Positions 54,078 through 62,148 of a stretch of 64,000 bases of DNA are shown piece after piece. A model generated the notes under the pieces. It was not told the DNA's origin and made no database searches. It saw only the letters and a list, made by a program, of their open reading frames with translations. Numbering within the stretch: the first letter of the stretch is position 1; the number at the start of each line of letters is the position of its first letter. The DNA comes from a virus (lineage: Duplodnaviria; Caudoviricetes), in IMG/VR virus record IMGVR_UViG_3300005937_000010, positions 1 through 64,000 of that record. One strand, given 5' to 3'. The position numbers and the translations under genes are program-made.

Positions 54078-55094
54078 CTAACCTGCTTTCCTTGTCAGTC
54101 CCGCGTTTCGGGCTTTTTGCAAAAACACTGCCAAGGGGATTGCACGATCAATGCTGCGTTCGGCAAGCTCCCTCGTCATTTCGCCTGGATCTGTCTTCCC
54201 ACGCGAGTACCGACAAACGAACTGAGGCACTTTGTGGATGCGAGCTTGGCATTCCAGGATGTTCTCCAGTCCTGCGCTGTCCCTATCGAAGAACAGGTAG
54301 ATGCGTTTCGGGCCTAGCTGGTCGATCACTTTCAACTGCTTCGTTGAGATGCCACTGCCAAGAATCGCCCCGGCTGTGTGAACGCCAACTTGATGAAGCC
54401 GCACAACATCTAGCGGGCCTTCACACAGCACGAGGCCATGAGACTGTATCGACTCACGATCACACATGCAAGCGCCAAAGAGCAGGGAAGTCTTGATCGC
54501 TCCCTCTGTGTAGAGGTACTTCTGACGCTCCAGCCCGTCGATACGGCGGCGGATCAGGAAGCGGAACGTGCGGTGCAGATCGTATGCGGGGATAGTGATT
54601 CGCTCTGCATCCTCGTCCCAACCGATCTGCCACTTGCCACGGCTGTTCGCTTCGATCCCGCGTGTGTCGAGCCACTCTCGCGCCGACCTTGGCAGGTATG
54701 TGAACGCGCCACCATCTTGTGCTCGTTGATCCTGCGACACCGCATCGTCGTACCCGAAGGACTTGCGCACGCCGGGAGTGCCGAAGCTCTTTAGGTCGCC
54801 ATCCCTGACAGCACGCGAATGCTTGAGGATGGCTTGCCTAGACTCCTTGGCAGTACAGCCGGTGATGACCTGGATCGCGTGCTCGTAGCTGCCGCTGATC
54901 CCGCACTTGGCAAAGCAGTGGACAAGCCCCTGCTTGGTATTCACCTGGAAGTGGCGCTTGAACGTGTCGTGCTTCGGATTCGGGCACACCGTCTTCGGGA
55001 GGTACATGGGCGGTGGATGCTCGATCCCCGGCGGGATGTCGATGTACTGGCTCCAGAGTGCCAAGACATCAATGTACCGGCCAGCGAAGATCAC
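54078..55094 (-). CDS. dnaG: DnaG-type primase
   Basis: CPNPKH...HCFAKC zinc domain, KYLY, TOPRIM LCEGPLD and FFDRDSAG, DPGEM; GTGA-coupled start at 55094. Confidence 0.85.
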   Translation of the reverse strand: MIFAGRYIDVLALWSQYIDIPPGIEHPPPMYLPKTVCPNPKHDTFKRHFQVNTKQGLVHCFAKCGISGSYEHAIQVITGCTAKESRQAILKHSRAVRDGDLKSFGTPGVRKSFGYDDAVSQDQRAQDGGAFTYLPRSAREWLDTRGIEANSRGKWQIGWDEDAERITIPAYDLHRTFRFLIRRRIDGLERQKYLYTEGAIKTSLLFGACMCDRESIQSHGLVLCEGPLDVVRLHQVGVHTAGAILGSGISTKQLKVIDQLGPKRIYLFFDRDSAGLENILECQARIHKVPQFVCRYSRGKTDPGEMTRELAERSIDRAIPLAVFLQKARNAGLTRKAG

Positions 55095-55261
55095 TCGTCG
55101 TCCTCGTCCGGCTTGTAGTGCTCCGAGTTGGCCCACATCTCCGCGTACACCATGTCGGGATCCTCGCCCTTGGCACAGCGCCGGAAGGCAAGGAGCAAGT
55201 CCATTCCGGAGATGACATGCCAACCCAGGTCGGCGTCTTCGGTTTCGATGTACTCACTCAT
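55091..55261 (-). CDS. Small hypothetical protein (MSEYIETEDADLGWHVISG...GEDPDMVYAEMWAN)
   Basis: Translated by hand; coupled at both ends. Confidence 0.55.
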   Translation of the reverse strand: MSEYIETEDADLGWHVISGMDLLLAFRRCAKGEDPDMVYAEMWANSEHYKPDEDDE

Positions 55262-55563
55262 TACTCAGTAGGCTCCTCTGCCAAGCTGTCGCCACGCAGG
55301 AGCGCTGCCGCAAAGGCATCGCCGTTCTGTGCCCGGTACTGCAACTCCAGCGTCCGCTCCGCAGCATGATCGACGGGCTGCGGATCGTAGTTGGGCACGT
55401 TCACGAGGCAGCATTCGTCGTACGTGTCGTAGGCCATGGACAACAGCGCGTCGGGTACTTGCTTGCGAAGCTCCAGAAGCTTCTTGCCAAGTAGCTCAGG
55501 GTCGCGCATGTCCCTCGGAGGAGGCGGCGGCGTCGGGGGTGGGACGGGCTTAGGTTGTTCCAC
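55261..55563 (-). CDS. Hypothetical protein with Pro-rich N-terminus
   Basis: GGAAGG upstream of GTG 55563. Confidence 0.5.
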   Translation of the reverse strand: MEQPKPVPPPTPPPPPRDMRDPELLGKKLLELRKQVPDALLSMAYDTYDECCLVNVPNYDPQPVDHAAERTLELQYRAQNGDAFAAALLRGDSLAEEPTE

Positions 55564-55726
55564 GGCGAGTGACAATCTGGACACCTTCCTTGCGCACATC
55601 CTTGGCACCCTTGATCTTGGGATCGGCCACCCGCTTCTGCGGGTTGCTGATCGCCTCGTTCGTGTTGATGATCTTGTCACCCTCATCGGGTGCCACGCTC
55701 TCGTAGTTCTGTGGGTCGTCAGGCAT
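55550..55726 (-). CDS. Small hypothetical protein
   Basis: AAGGAGG RBS before ATG 55726. Confidence 0.55.
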   Translation of the reverse strand: MPDDPQNYESVAPDEGDKIINTNEAISNPQKRVADPKIKGAKDVRKEGVQIVTRRGTT

Positions 55727-57077
55727 TGGGCCTCCTTTTGTTCTTGGCAGCTTCCAACTGCTCGTTCTCAACAGCCTCCGCTTCGTCAAGACCCTCATCG
55801 TAGTAGCTCCAATCCGGCGCATTGTCGTACTTGGTAACGCCGGTATTGGCATCGAAGTAGACCTCGTAGCGGAACCCCTGTCCGAACCGGCTCTTGCTGC
55901 ACCGCACGATCAGGCGGCGCTCCTGGCTGACGTGCTTGACTCCGATCACGTAGTCGCTCAGGTGGTTCAGTTGCTTGCTCCCGAAGCCACCCGCCTTGTG
56001 CGGAGCGTCCTCGCGGGCACGGATGCTGTCGCCCTCGTGCGCCTGGTTGGAGAAGACGATGGGAACGTGGTAGCGCTCGCTCAGGACGTGGAGGCTCTCC
56101 GCGATCCATGCCGTCTCCTGCCAAGTGTTGCCCTCGCGGTGGTAGCGCACCGGCTTGAGCAGGTAGATGGGATCCACGAGTACCAAGTCCAGGTCAAGCT
56201 CCACGATCCTGTCCTCGATGTACCCGACGCCCATCTGATCCTTCATGCCCGTGCCTGCCAAGAGATGAATCTGCCCCGGCATCTCCCGCAGGTACTCGCA
56301 GAAGCGCTGGTACGCCTTGAGGTTGAAGCCCTGCCGGTGCATGAGGGCGCGGTTGCGGAAGCTGTGCTTGATCCCAAGATCGAGCTTGACCATCGGGTCG
56401 GCGCTTGCCAAGGTGTGGTAGCGGCACCGAGTCTCATGGGCATTCTGCTCCGGCGAGAAGATCCCCACGTTCTTGTGCTGCTTCTTGGCGTGCCACCCGA
56501 ACGCGACCATCTTGTAGCTCTTACCTTCCCCTGTCCTGCCAAGCACTTCTATGAACTGGCCGGGGAGGAAGCCGCCGAGATGGTGGTCGAGCCAGGGGTC
56601 GCCGGTCAGCACGCCAATGGTCATTCCCTGCTTGGCAAGGATCATCCCCTGGCGCATCTCCTCAACCACCGGCTCCCACTCGTCCAGGTCGATGTCGCCC
56701 AGGGGCATGTGCTTGCGGGTGACGGCCGTGAGCCTGTCCCGCATCTGCATCGCCACGTCCACGGCGTTGTCCTTGTTCACGCTCTCTGCCAAGGTGGCCA
56801 GGATCGTGTTCACTTCTTCAAACGCACGTTCTTCTTTCAACTCCTGTGCCAAGTCCTCGATGCTCTCCCGTGGCATCCGCCACTCAAAGTCCGGGAAGCG
56901 CTCCGTGAAGACACGGCGGTTCAGGGTCTTGCGCCTGCCAAGACGATTCTCGATCCAGACGAACTCGTCCTCGTAGATCGGAAAGTCGGCACGGGAGATG
57001 CCATTGGAGTACAGCTTACGAAGGGCGGAAGCTCCGTCCTTCACGAGCACGGTGATTGTGAGCGATTCAATGCTCAT
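55719..57077 (-). CDS. dnaB: DnaB-like replicative helicase
   Basis: EVLGRTGEGKSY, LVLVDPIYLL, VPIVFSNQA, KSRFG. The start may be up to 57182. Confidence 0.9.
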   Translation of the reverse strand: MSIESLTITVLVKDGASALRKLYSNGISRADFPIYEDEFVWIENRLGRRKTLNRRVFTERFPDFEWRMPRESIEDLAQELKEERAFEEVNTILATLAESVNKDNAVDVAMQMRDRLTAVTRKHMPLGDIDLDEWEPVVEEMRQGMILAKQGMTIGVLTGDPWLDHHLGGFLPGQFIEVLGRTGEGKSYKMVAFGWHAKKQHKNVGIFSPEQNAHETRCRYHTLASADPMVKLDLGIKHSFRNRALMHRQGFNLKAYQRFCEYLREMPGQIHLLAGTGMKDQMGVGYIEDRIVELDLDLVLVDPIYLLKPVRYHREGNTWQETAWIAESLHVLSERYHVPIVFSNQAHEGDSIRAREDAPHKAGGFGSKQLNHLSDYVIGVKHVSQERRLIVRCSKSRFGQGFRYEVYFDANTGVTKYDNAPDWSYYDEGLDEAEAVENEQLEAAKNKRRPNA

Positions 57078-57237
57078 GGCCGACAGCTTGGCACTTCGGG
57101 TGATCCACCTAAAACCCCCACCCGTCCAACTGGGTACCTTCGGTACCCACGCGCATGCGTACGCGGGAGAGCTTTCATGCAAATCACGTTTCTTCTATCC
57201 AAAATACTGCACAGCAGAGAAAACACTGCCAAGCTGT

Positions 57238-57534
57238 TCATCTCAAGACCTCGGTGCAAACGATCATGGCCTTCTTGAGCCAAACCCTTGTCACTCCATC
57301 AATAAGGATCTGGATGTCGTACCTGTCCACTTGCTCGATCAGGCCGACGACGGTTCCGTCGTAGTCAAGATCGTCTTCGTTGGATAGGTACGTCTCGCAG
57401 GCCAAAGCAAATCTCACCCTCGTGCCTTCGTTCTTGGCACGGAACAGGTCTTGGTCGTATCGGCTGTGCTCTCGCTTCTTCACTGGCCGTGCCACTGGAG
57501 GCGCACTGCCATCGTCATTGGTTTTGACTGCCAA
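57238..57534 (-). CDS. Hfq/Sm-fold-like small protein
   Basis: YDQDLFRAKNEGTRVRFAL...VVGLIEQVDRYDIQILIDGVTRVWLKKAMI aligns by eye to the Hfq Sm1/Sm2 motifs; AAGGAG RBS with a TTG start. Confidence 0.5.
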   Translation of the reverse strand: MAVKTNDDGSAPPVARPVKKREHSRYDQDLFRAKNEGTRVRFALACETYLSNEDDLDYDGTVVGLIEQVDRYDIQILIDGVTRVWLKKAMIVCTEVLR

Positions 57535-57573
57535 GTCAACTCCTTTGTGTTCGGGAACGGTCGGGGAGTAGAA

Positions 57574-57603
57574 AGCGGGCCTCGGCCTTAGCAGAGGCCC
57601 GCT
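57574..57603 (-). terminator. Hairpin in the 5' leader of the replication operon (terminator/attenuator-like)
   Basis: AGCGGGCCTC...GAGGCCCGCT 10-bp stem, followed by TTTC on the minus strand. Confidence 0.45.
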
Positions 57604-57628
57604 ACCTCCCGAACCGGAGGAATGGCCC

Positions 57629-57656
57629 AGTCTACCGATTCAGGTGGGCAAGTCAA
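57629..57656 (-). promoter_or_regulatory. Candidate promoter for the replication operon
   Basis: TTGACT-N16-TAGACT. Confidence 0.55.
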
Positions 57657-57661
57657 GCACC

Positions 57662-57699
57662 CTCTGTGCGGCCACAGGAAGCTCTGTGCGGCCACAGGA
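57662..57699. repeat. Two 18-bp direct repeats CTCTGTGCGGCCACAGGA (20-bp period), each with internal dyad CTGTG-N4-CACAG
   Basis: Exact copies at 57662-57679 and 57682-57699. Confidence 0.85.
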
Positions 57700-57812
57700 G
57701 TGTCCAAGGCGATACTTGACCCACCCTGGACGCCAGAGGCCGGGGGAAGGCGGGACAGCACTCCCCCGGCATGGCGCGTTCCGCCGTCTAGCGAGAATCG
57801 ACGGCGAACTTG

Positions 57813-57911
57813 TCAGGATGTAAGATCCCACCCCCACAACAAGCCGATCAACAACACGATGAAGATGCCCCACACGGGCAGTGCTCCATAGAAAGCCGGT
57901 GGCACGTTCAT
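57813..57911 (-). CDS. 32-aa membrane peptide
   Basis: GGAGGGAGG RBS; PVWGIFIVLLIGLLWGW. Confidence 0.55.
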   Translation of the reverse strand: MNVPPAFYGALPVWGIFIVLLIGLLWGWDLTS

Positions 57912-57922
57912 GTACCTCCCTC

Positions 57923-58264
57923 CTATACGCCACACATCCGGCGCGTGTTCGGCCACGGCCCGAAGCCACGGCCGGAGTAGTAGGCGCGAGCCGCAACCTC
58001 GATCTGCGCATCGGCAGGCCAGTTGTGTGCCCACCCGTAGCGTCGAACGTAGTCGCGGCCGTACGCCAGCATGAAACTCTGATCCATCTGCAATCCACCG
58101 TAGTAGCCATTGCCGGTGTTACTCGTCCATGCACCCTCGTACCGATGGATGCACATGAATACTTGTTTGAGCCAACTTGGCACTTCTCTCTTTGCCTGGG
58201 CTGCTTGTCCCGTTGCCCCTCCAAGGGCAACCAGGAGGAGCACGGTTAGTATCAGCTTGCGCAC
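57923..58264 (-). CDS. Secreted Rpf-like (lysozyme-fold) transglycosylase
   Basis: Signal peptide followed by CIHRYEG..NTGNGYYGGLQM...QIEVA...GFGPWP. Confidence 0.85.
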   Translation of the reverse strand: MRKLILTVLLLVALGGATGQAAQAKREVPSWLKQVFMCIHRYEGAWTSNTGNGYYGGLQMDQSFMLAYGRDYVRRYGWAHNWPADAQIEVAARAYYSGRGFGPWPNTRRMCGV

Positions 58265-58334
58265 TTGGTAGGAACCTCCCGATTTGCTGACTAGGCGCTG
58301 CCTCTACTACTTGGCAGTGTTGCTAGTTGTTGAT

Positions 58335-58517
58335 CTAGGTACCTCCTTTTTTCGTGGGCACGTCAGCGCGCCAGGCGGCAAGATGCGAGGCGACGTTGGC
58401 GTAGATAGATGCGGCCGAGATGAACGCGATGGAGTAGATCCACCCCGTCCAGATCGCAATGGGTATCACAACCAGCCATGCGATCATCAGCCAGAAGTTG
58501 ACAAGCCGCCATATCAC
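58335..58517 (-). CDS. Small two-TM membrane protein
   Basis: Trp-rich hydrophobic 60 aa. Confidence 0.6.
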   Translation of the reverse strand: MIWRLVNFWLMIAWLVVIPIAIWTGWIYSIAFISAASIYANVASHLAAWRADVPTKKGGT

Positions 58518-58822
58518 CGTAGCTTCTTGATCCGAACTGTCGGCGGGACAGGACGGTCACGGTTCAAGCGCACGTCGATGATCGCCTGCCGCCTGCTTGG
58601 CAGCGTGGTTCCGTGCGCGTACGTGGAATCGACAAGCTCGCGCATGTTCGTGCCGACTCCCCACTCGACGGCCTTCTGCACGAAGATGCGTCTTCCTTCC
58701 TCCGGGCCGTAGTCGTTCTGCATTCGCGCCCATGCCAGCTTGGCACCTTCCGAGTAGCTCTCCGGGAGAACGCCAAGCTGGAGCAGTTGCTCCGCAGCTT
58801 GTTCAAGGTCGCGTAGGCTCAT
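58514..58822 (-). CDS. Hypothetical protein
   Basis: AGAAGG RBS; coupled. Confidence 0.6.
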   Translation of the reverse strand: MSLRDLEQAAEQLLQLGVLPESYSEGAKLAWARMQNDYGPEEGRRIFVQKAVEWGVGTNMRELVDSTYAHGTTLPSRRQAIIDVRLNRDRPVPPTVRIKKLR

Positions 58823-59048
58823 CCTTCTCCTGCTCCGGCCAGTAGGTTTGAGTCGATTCCTCGTCCATCGAGAGCGGCGGTCGTGCGTATCCGTGCTCAG
58901 GCGGGACGGGCTTGAGGATCGTCGGCTGGATCACCGGCGGCTTGGCAAGACTCATAACCGTGAACGCTCGCAGGATCATCCAGACAAGGGCCACGATCCC
59001 GACGACGGCTACGGCGAACATCCCGAACGTGTAGGCGTCGGCATCCAC
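58803..59048 (-). CDS. Single-TM membrane protein
   Basis: TAGTG coupling to the holin; FGMFAVAVVGIVALVWMIL. Confidence 0.55.
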   Translation of the reverse strand: MDADAYTFGMFAVAVVGIVALVWMILRAFTVMSLAKPPVIQPTILKPVPPEHGYARPPLSMDEESTQTYWPEQEKDEPTRP

Positions 59049-59269
59049 TATGCAGCGTCCTGGCGCGGCGGTGTCTCGGGCACATACGGCGGTTTGTTCG
59101 GCACCTGGAACACGGCCACGAGTCCGACGAAGAACGCAATCAGCGCCGTGAGTCCTTCCGACCATGACAAGCCACCGGAGACGAATCCGGCGACAAGTGC
59201 GCTCAGACCAGCGACGATGGCCGCGATGAACGCCTTGGCATACGGTGCGACTTTCTCAATGCCTGGCAT
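59048..59269 (-). CDS. Holin
   Basis: Two TM helices; YAKAFIAA...VFQVPN pattern of actinophage holins. Confidence 0.7.
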   Translation of the reverse strand: MPGIEKVAPYAKAFIAAIVAGLSALVAGFVSGGLSWSEGLTALIAFFVGLVAVFQVPNKPPYVPETPPRQDAA

Positions 59270-59512
59270 CTTTCTCCTCTCGCTATATCACCACGAGCAT
59301 GCCCTCAACGAAGGCACGCAGTTCGGCTATGGACATGTCATTCGTAATCTCGTGGCGAGGATGCAGGATCACGAGCTTGGCATGCTTCGCATCTTTCAAG
59401 ACGACACGGAACTGCCGACCCATGATTCTGCCAAGCTCGCGCACAGCTTTGCGCAGCCCCCTTGGGTTATCCCAATCCGATGTTCGGACAACTCCTGGAG
59501 CCGCCATCTGCG

Positions 59513-59929
59513 TTACTCGTCCAGGATACAGGTTAGGATCGACGTGTGCCCTCCAGGCGTGTTGAAAATAACCTTCCCGAAGGTCGATCCAGTAGGGCAT
59601 TGAGATGCGCCACCACCCGGATCGCCCTTGTCACCCTTTGGGCCGGGTGGCCCTGCTGGCCCTGCTAGCCCTGTCGCGCCGGTTTCGCCCTTGTCACCTT
59701 TCGGCCCCGGCGGGCCTGCTGGCCCTGGCTCACCCTGTGGCCCCGGCGGGCCTGGCACCGTACTCGTGCCAACCTCAATCGTCACCGTCTTGGTAGGTTC
59801 CTGCGATCCGATACCGAGAGCAGTCGCCGTCAGGAAGCCACAGCCTGCCGCCAGTACCATGCCCGTTCCGATCCCTGCCAAAGTTCCAGGGCCGAGTCCT
59901 TTCAGGAAGTCGATGAACTGTCTAATCAC
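59513..59929 (-). CDS. Membrane-anchored collagen-like protein
   Basis: N-terminal TM segment, about 15 Gly-X-Y triplets, C-terminal Cys pair. Confidence 0.7.
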   Translation of the reverse strand: MIRQFIDFLKGLGPGTLAGIGTGMVLAAGCGFLTATALGIGSQEPTKTVTIEVGTSTVPGPPGPQGEPGPAGPPGPKGDKGETGATGLAGPAGPPGPKGDKGDPGGGASQCPTGSTFGKVIFNTPGGHTSILTCILDE

Positions 59930-60150
59930 CCGTCAGCCGCCTTTCTGCGAGGGCTGGACACGTCACGAAGCTCATACTTGGTACCCGCCTTGAACGCGGT
60001 CACCATTTCCTCGATGCGCTCGTTGCAGTTGTCATCCGCCTTGTGCTTGGATCGTCGCAGAGTAAGCAGCACAGCGATCACTGCCGACATTCCTGTCAGG
60101 AACGCGCCCCAGGCTGCGGGGTCGGTTGGGAAAATGAAGGCGACTGGCAT
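59926..60150 (-). CDS. Single-TM lysis-cassette protein
   Basis: The ATG follows the endolysin stop; [20 protein letters not shown]. Confidence 0.55.
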   Translation of the reverse strand: MPVAFIFPTDPAAWGAFLTGMSAVIAVLLTLRRSKHKADDNCNERIEEMVTAFKAGTKYELRDVSSPRRKAADG

Positions 60151-60151
60151 C

Positions 60152-60994
60152 TCACTTGTTCTTGGCAACCACGTACTCGTTGTCTTCCCACCAAAACTCA
60201 GGGATCGTGCTTGGCACGTTCGGGCGCTCACCCTGCTTGTTGTTCGCCAGCCAGTCGATCCAGTCCTGCTCGCCTTTGCTCATCCCATGATTGGTGGCCA
60301 CGGTGTGGATCTGCTTCTGTGCATCCCAGGCCCACCCAGGGATCGCCTCCGGCGTACCAGCCGGTCGCCTGGCCGGATCCCTGCTTGTGTTCTCGTACCA
60401 GTTGATCCACGGCCAGAACCAGGCTGGTAGCTCATCCATCTGATTGTCTCCCTTCCCTGCCAAGTGAACTCCGACACGCGAGCGGAATGCGTTGTTGTCG
60501 AAGTGCGTAGCAATGTCGATCTTGCGGCTTGGTGCCCACTCACTGTGGCTCACCACCTGTTGCTCGTTGGTCGTGCCCTTGATGACGGCTGCCACACCGC
60601 GTGCCAAGATTTCGATGCGATCAGGAGGTAGCGGCGACGTTCCCGTGTGCTCGCACTCCACGCCCCAGGCGGTGCTGTTCCCTGTCATGCCACGGCAGGA
60701 GCCGCCGTCCGGGATCCCGGCGTGGTTGGCACGCCCGGAGGCCACGACGTAGGCCACGTTGTCGTAGCCGAGGTACCAGTTGCACAGCGGGCCGGAAAGG
60801 TCGGAGCGGCCACGGACACAGATCAGCAAGCTTGGCGTCTTGTACCCGGCAGATGCGGGCGGGCCTGCGGTGTGGTGGACGACGTGCCCACGCGGGTTGA
60901 AGAAGGCATCGCCACGCGATTGCCAGTCCGCAACCTCCCTGACTGCCAAGCCGGCCGAACGGAGACGGTTGGCAATGCCAAGATCACGTCCCAC
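60152..60994 (-). CDS. Endolysin, N-acetylmuramoyl-L-alanine amidase (Amidase_2) with Trp-rich C-terminal repeats
   Basis: GHVVHHTAG, GRSDLSGPLCN, GRANHAG, WGVECE, HSEWAPSRKID; GGAGGAGG RBS before GTG 60994. Confidence 0.85.
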   Translation of the reverse strand: MGRDLGIANRLRSAGLAVREVADWQSRGDAFFNPRGHVVHHTAGPPASAGYKTPSLLICVRGRSDLSGPLCNWYLGYDNVAYVVASGRANHAGIPDGGSCRGMTGNSTAWGVECEHTGTSPLPPDRIEILARGVAAVIKGTTNEQQVVSHSEWAPSRKIDIATHFDNNAFRSRVGVHLAGKGDNQMDELPAWFWPWINWYENTSRDPARRPAGTPEAIPGWAWDAQKQIHTVATNHGMSKGEQDWIDWLANNKQGERPNVPSTIPEFWWEDNEYVVAKNK

Positions 60995-61136
60995 GGCGAC
61001 TCGCCTCCTCCTTCTCTGTCCACGACTTCTGTTCCTTGCCCTTGGGTACCAAGAGCTTCTCCGTCTCCTCGTCGCTGGCCGGGTCGAACTCAAGCTCGCA
61101 CCCGTCCAGATCGTCCTTGTCCTTCTTGTCAGCCAT
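60984..61136 (-). CDS. 50-aa charged hypothetical protein
   Basis: GAGGAG RBS before ATG 61136; translated by hand. Confidence 0.5.
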   Translation of the reverse strand: MADKKDKDDLDGCELEFDPASDEETEKLLVPKGKEQKSWTEKEEASRRGT

Positions 61137-61344
61137 GATGCTCCTCGTGGTGATCGCCGTTCCTCTGAGCTTCCAACTCCTCGATCCGCGTCTGCATCTC
61201 GCGGCGCTGTGACTCGCTCAGATTGAGTGCGTTCTCCAGCATGTCGATGCGCACCGCCTGCTTGCCTGCCAAGAGGTAGAGATGAACGTTCTCGCGGTTC
61301 AACTCCAATGTCGAAGCCTGTTGGTCGATGTCCTGTGCTTCCAT
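61129..61344 (-). CDS. Small coiled-coil protein
   Basis: AAAGG RBS; heptad-like. Confidence 0.55.
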   Translation of the reverse strand: MEAQDIDQQASTLELNRENVHLYLLAGKQAVRIDMLENALNLSESQRREMQTRIEELEAQRNGDHHEEHHG

Positions 61345-61359
61345 GTCCCGCCTTTCTTG

Positions 61360-62148
61360 TCAGCTTGCGTACTTCGGGACGAAATCGTAGTACGCACCAA
61401 GTCCCTGTGTGAAGCTGCTATTCCAGCCACCGTCGATAGCCCAACGGAGTAGCTGCAATCCTTCTCCCCCGTTCACGTTCCACGGGCCTGCCCATCCGTC
61501 GTAAGTCGAACCATTGTCGAAGAACACATACTCACCGCCACCGAGTACGAATGCCAAGTAGACGTGGTTGTGGTCAGAACCTCCTTCTAGCCTGCTCCAA
61601 TGCATCTGGAAGCGCATTTGGTAGTACGTCGGGTTTGGATTCCCCGGCAACCAAAGAGTCGGATACGCACCAGCACCTTCGCCAACTGCATCCCACCATG
61701 ACGCGCCAGCGTTATGCAGCGAGCCATTCCAGCGATTGTCATAACTCACGCATCCCGAACGGTAGCTCGTCCAGCCGGTGAACTCCTCATCTTCCCACCA
61801 CTGCATCAGATTGCCCCAGTTGAGCCAGCCTGCACCCGGCGCAGAGTTGCTCACATAGACACTGATCGAATGAGTAGCTTGGTAGCCTCTGGCATCGCGT
61901 GCGATGGCGGTGATCGTGTGCCAGCCGTTGCCGTAGAAGTGTGTGTCCAGTCCAACCGAGCCGCCAGGGCCAACCTCGCCGCCGATGTTGGCACCGTCCC
62001 ACTGGTACTGGATGCCAACCACCCCGTAGTTGTCGGAGCTACTCGCCGCAATCGTGATCGTGTTGGCAACGGTGGCTCCGTTCCCAGGACTGTAGACGTT
62101 GACGGACGGCCCGTACAGATCCAGGTGTGGGGGTGACAAAAGTCTCAT
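61360..62148 (-). CDS. Ig-like (Big) domain tail protein
   Basis: PSVNVYSPGNGATVANTITIAASSSDNYGVVGIQY...GWHTITAIARDA; ATGA coupling. Confidence 0.7.
   Translation of the reverse strand: MRLLSPPHLDLYGPSVNVYSPGNGATVANTITIAASSSDNYGVVGIQYQWDGANIGGEVGPGGSVGLDTHFYGNGWHTITAIARDARGYQATHSISVYVSNSAPGAGWLNWGNLMQWWEDEEFTGWTSYRSGCVSYDNRWNGSLHNAGASWWDAVGEGAGAYPTLWLPGNPNPTYYQMRFQMHWSRLEGGSDHNHVYLAFVLGGGEYVFFDNGSTYDGWAGPWNVNGGEGLQLLRWAIDGGWNSSFTQGLGAYYDFVPKYAS

Noticed and set aside
57540-57830. tRNA or tmRNA gene
   Set aside because: Hairpins are present, but I found no cloverleaf, T-loop GTTCRA in context, or CCA end.
57622-57891. Plus-strand 89-aa ORF preceded by CCCGAACCGGAGG
   Set aside because: It has a plausible RBS, but it runs across the promoter, repeats and hairpins, overlaps a minus-strand gene, and shows no protein-like pattern. 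I left it uncalled; ribosome profiling could rescue it.
59283-59600. ORF between the collagen-like gene and the holin
   Set aside because: The listed start overlaps the collagen gene by 88 nt, and the alternative ATG at 59507 lacks a clear RBS. It may be real, but the sequence does not support it well enough to call.
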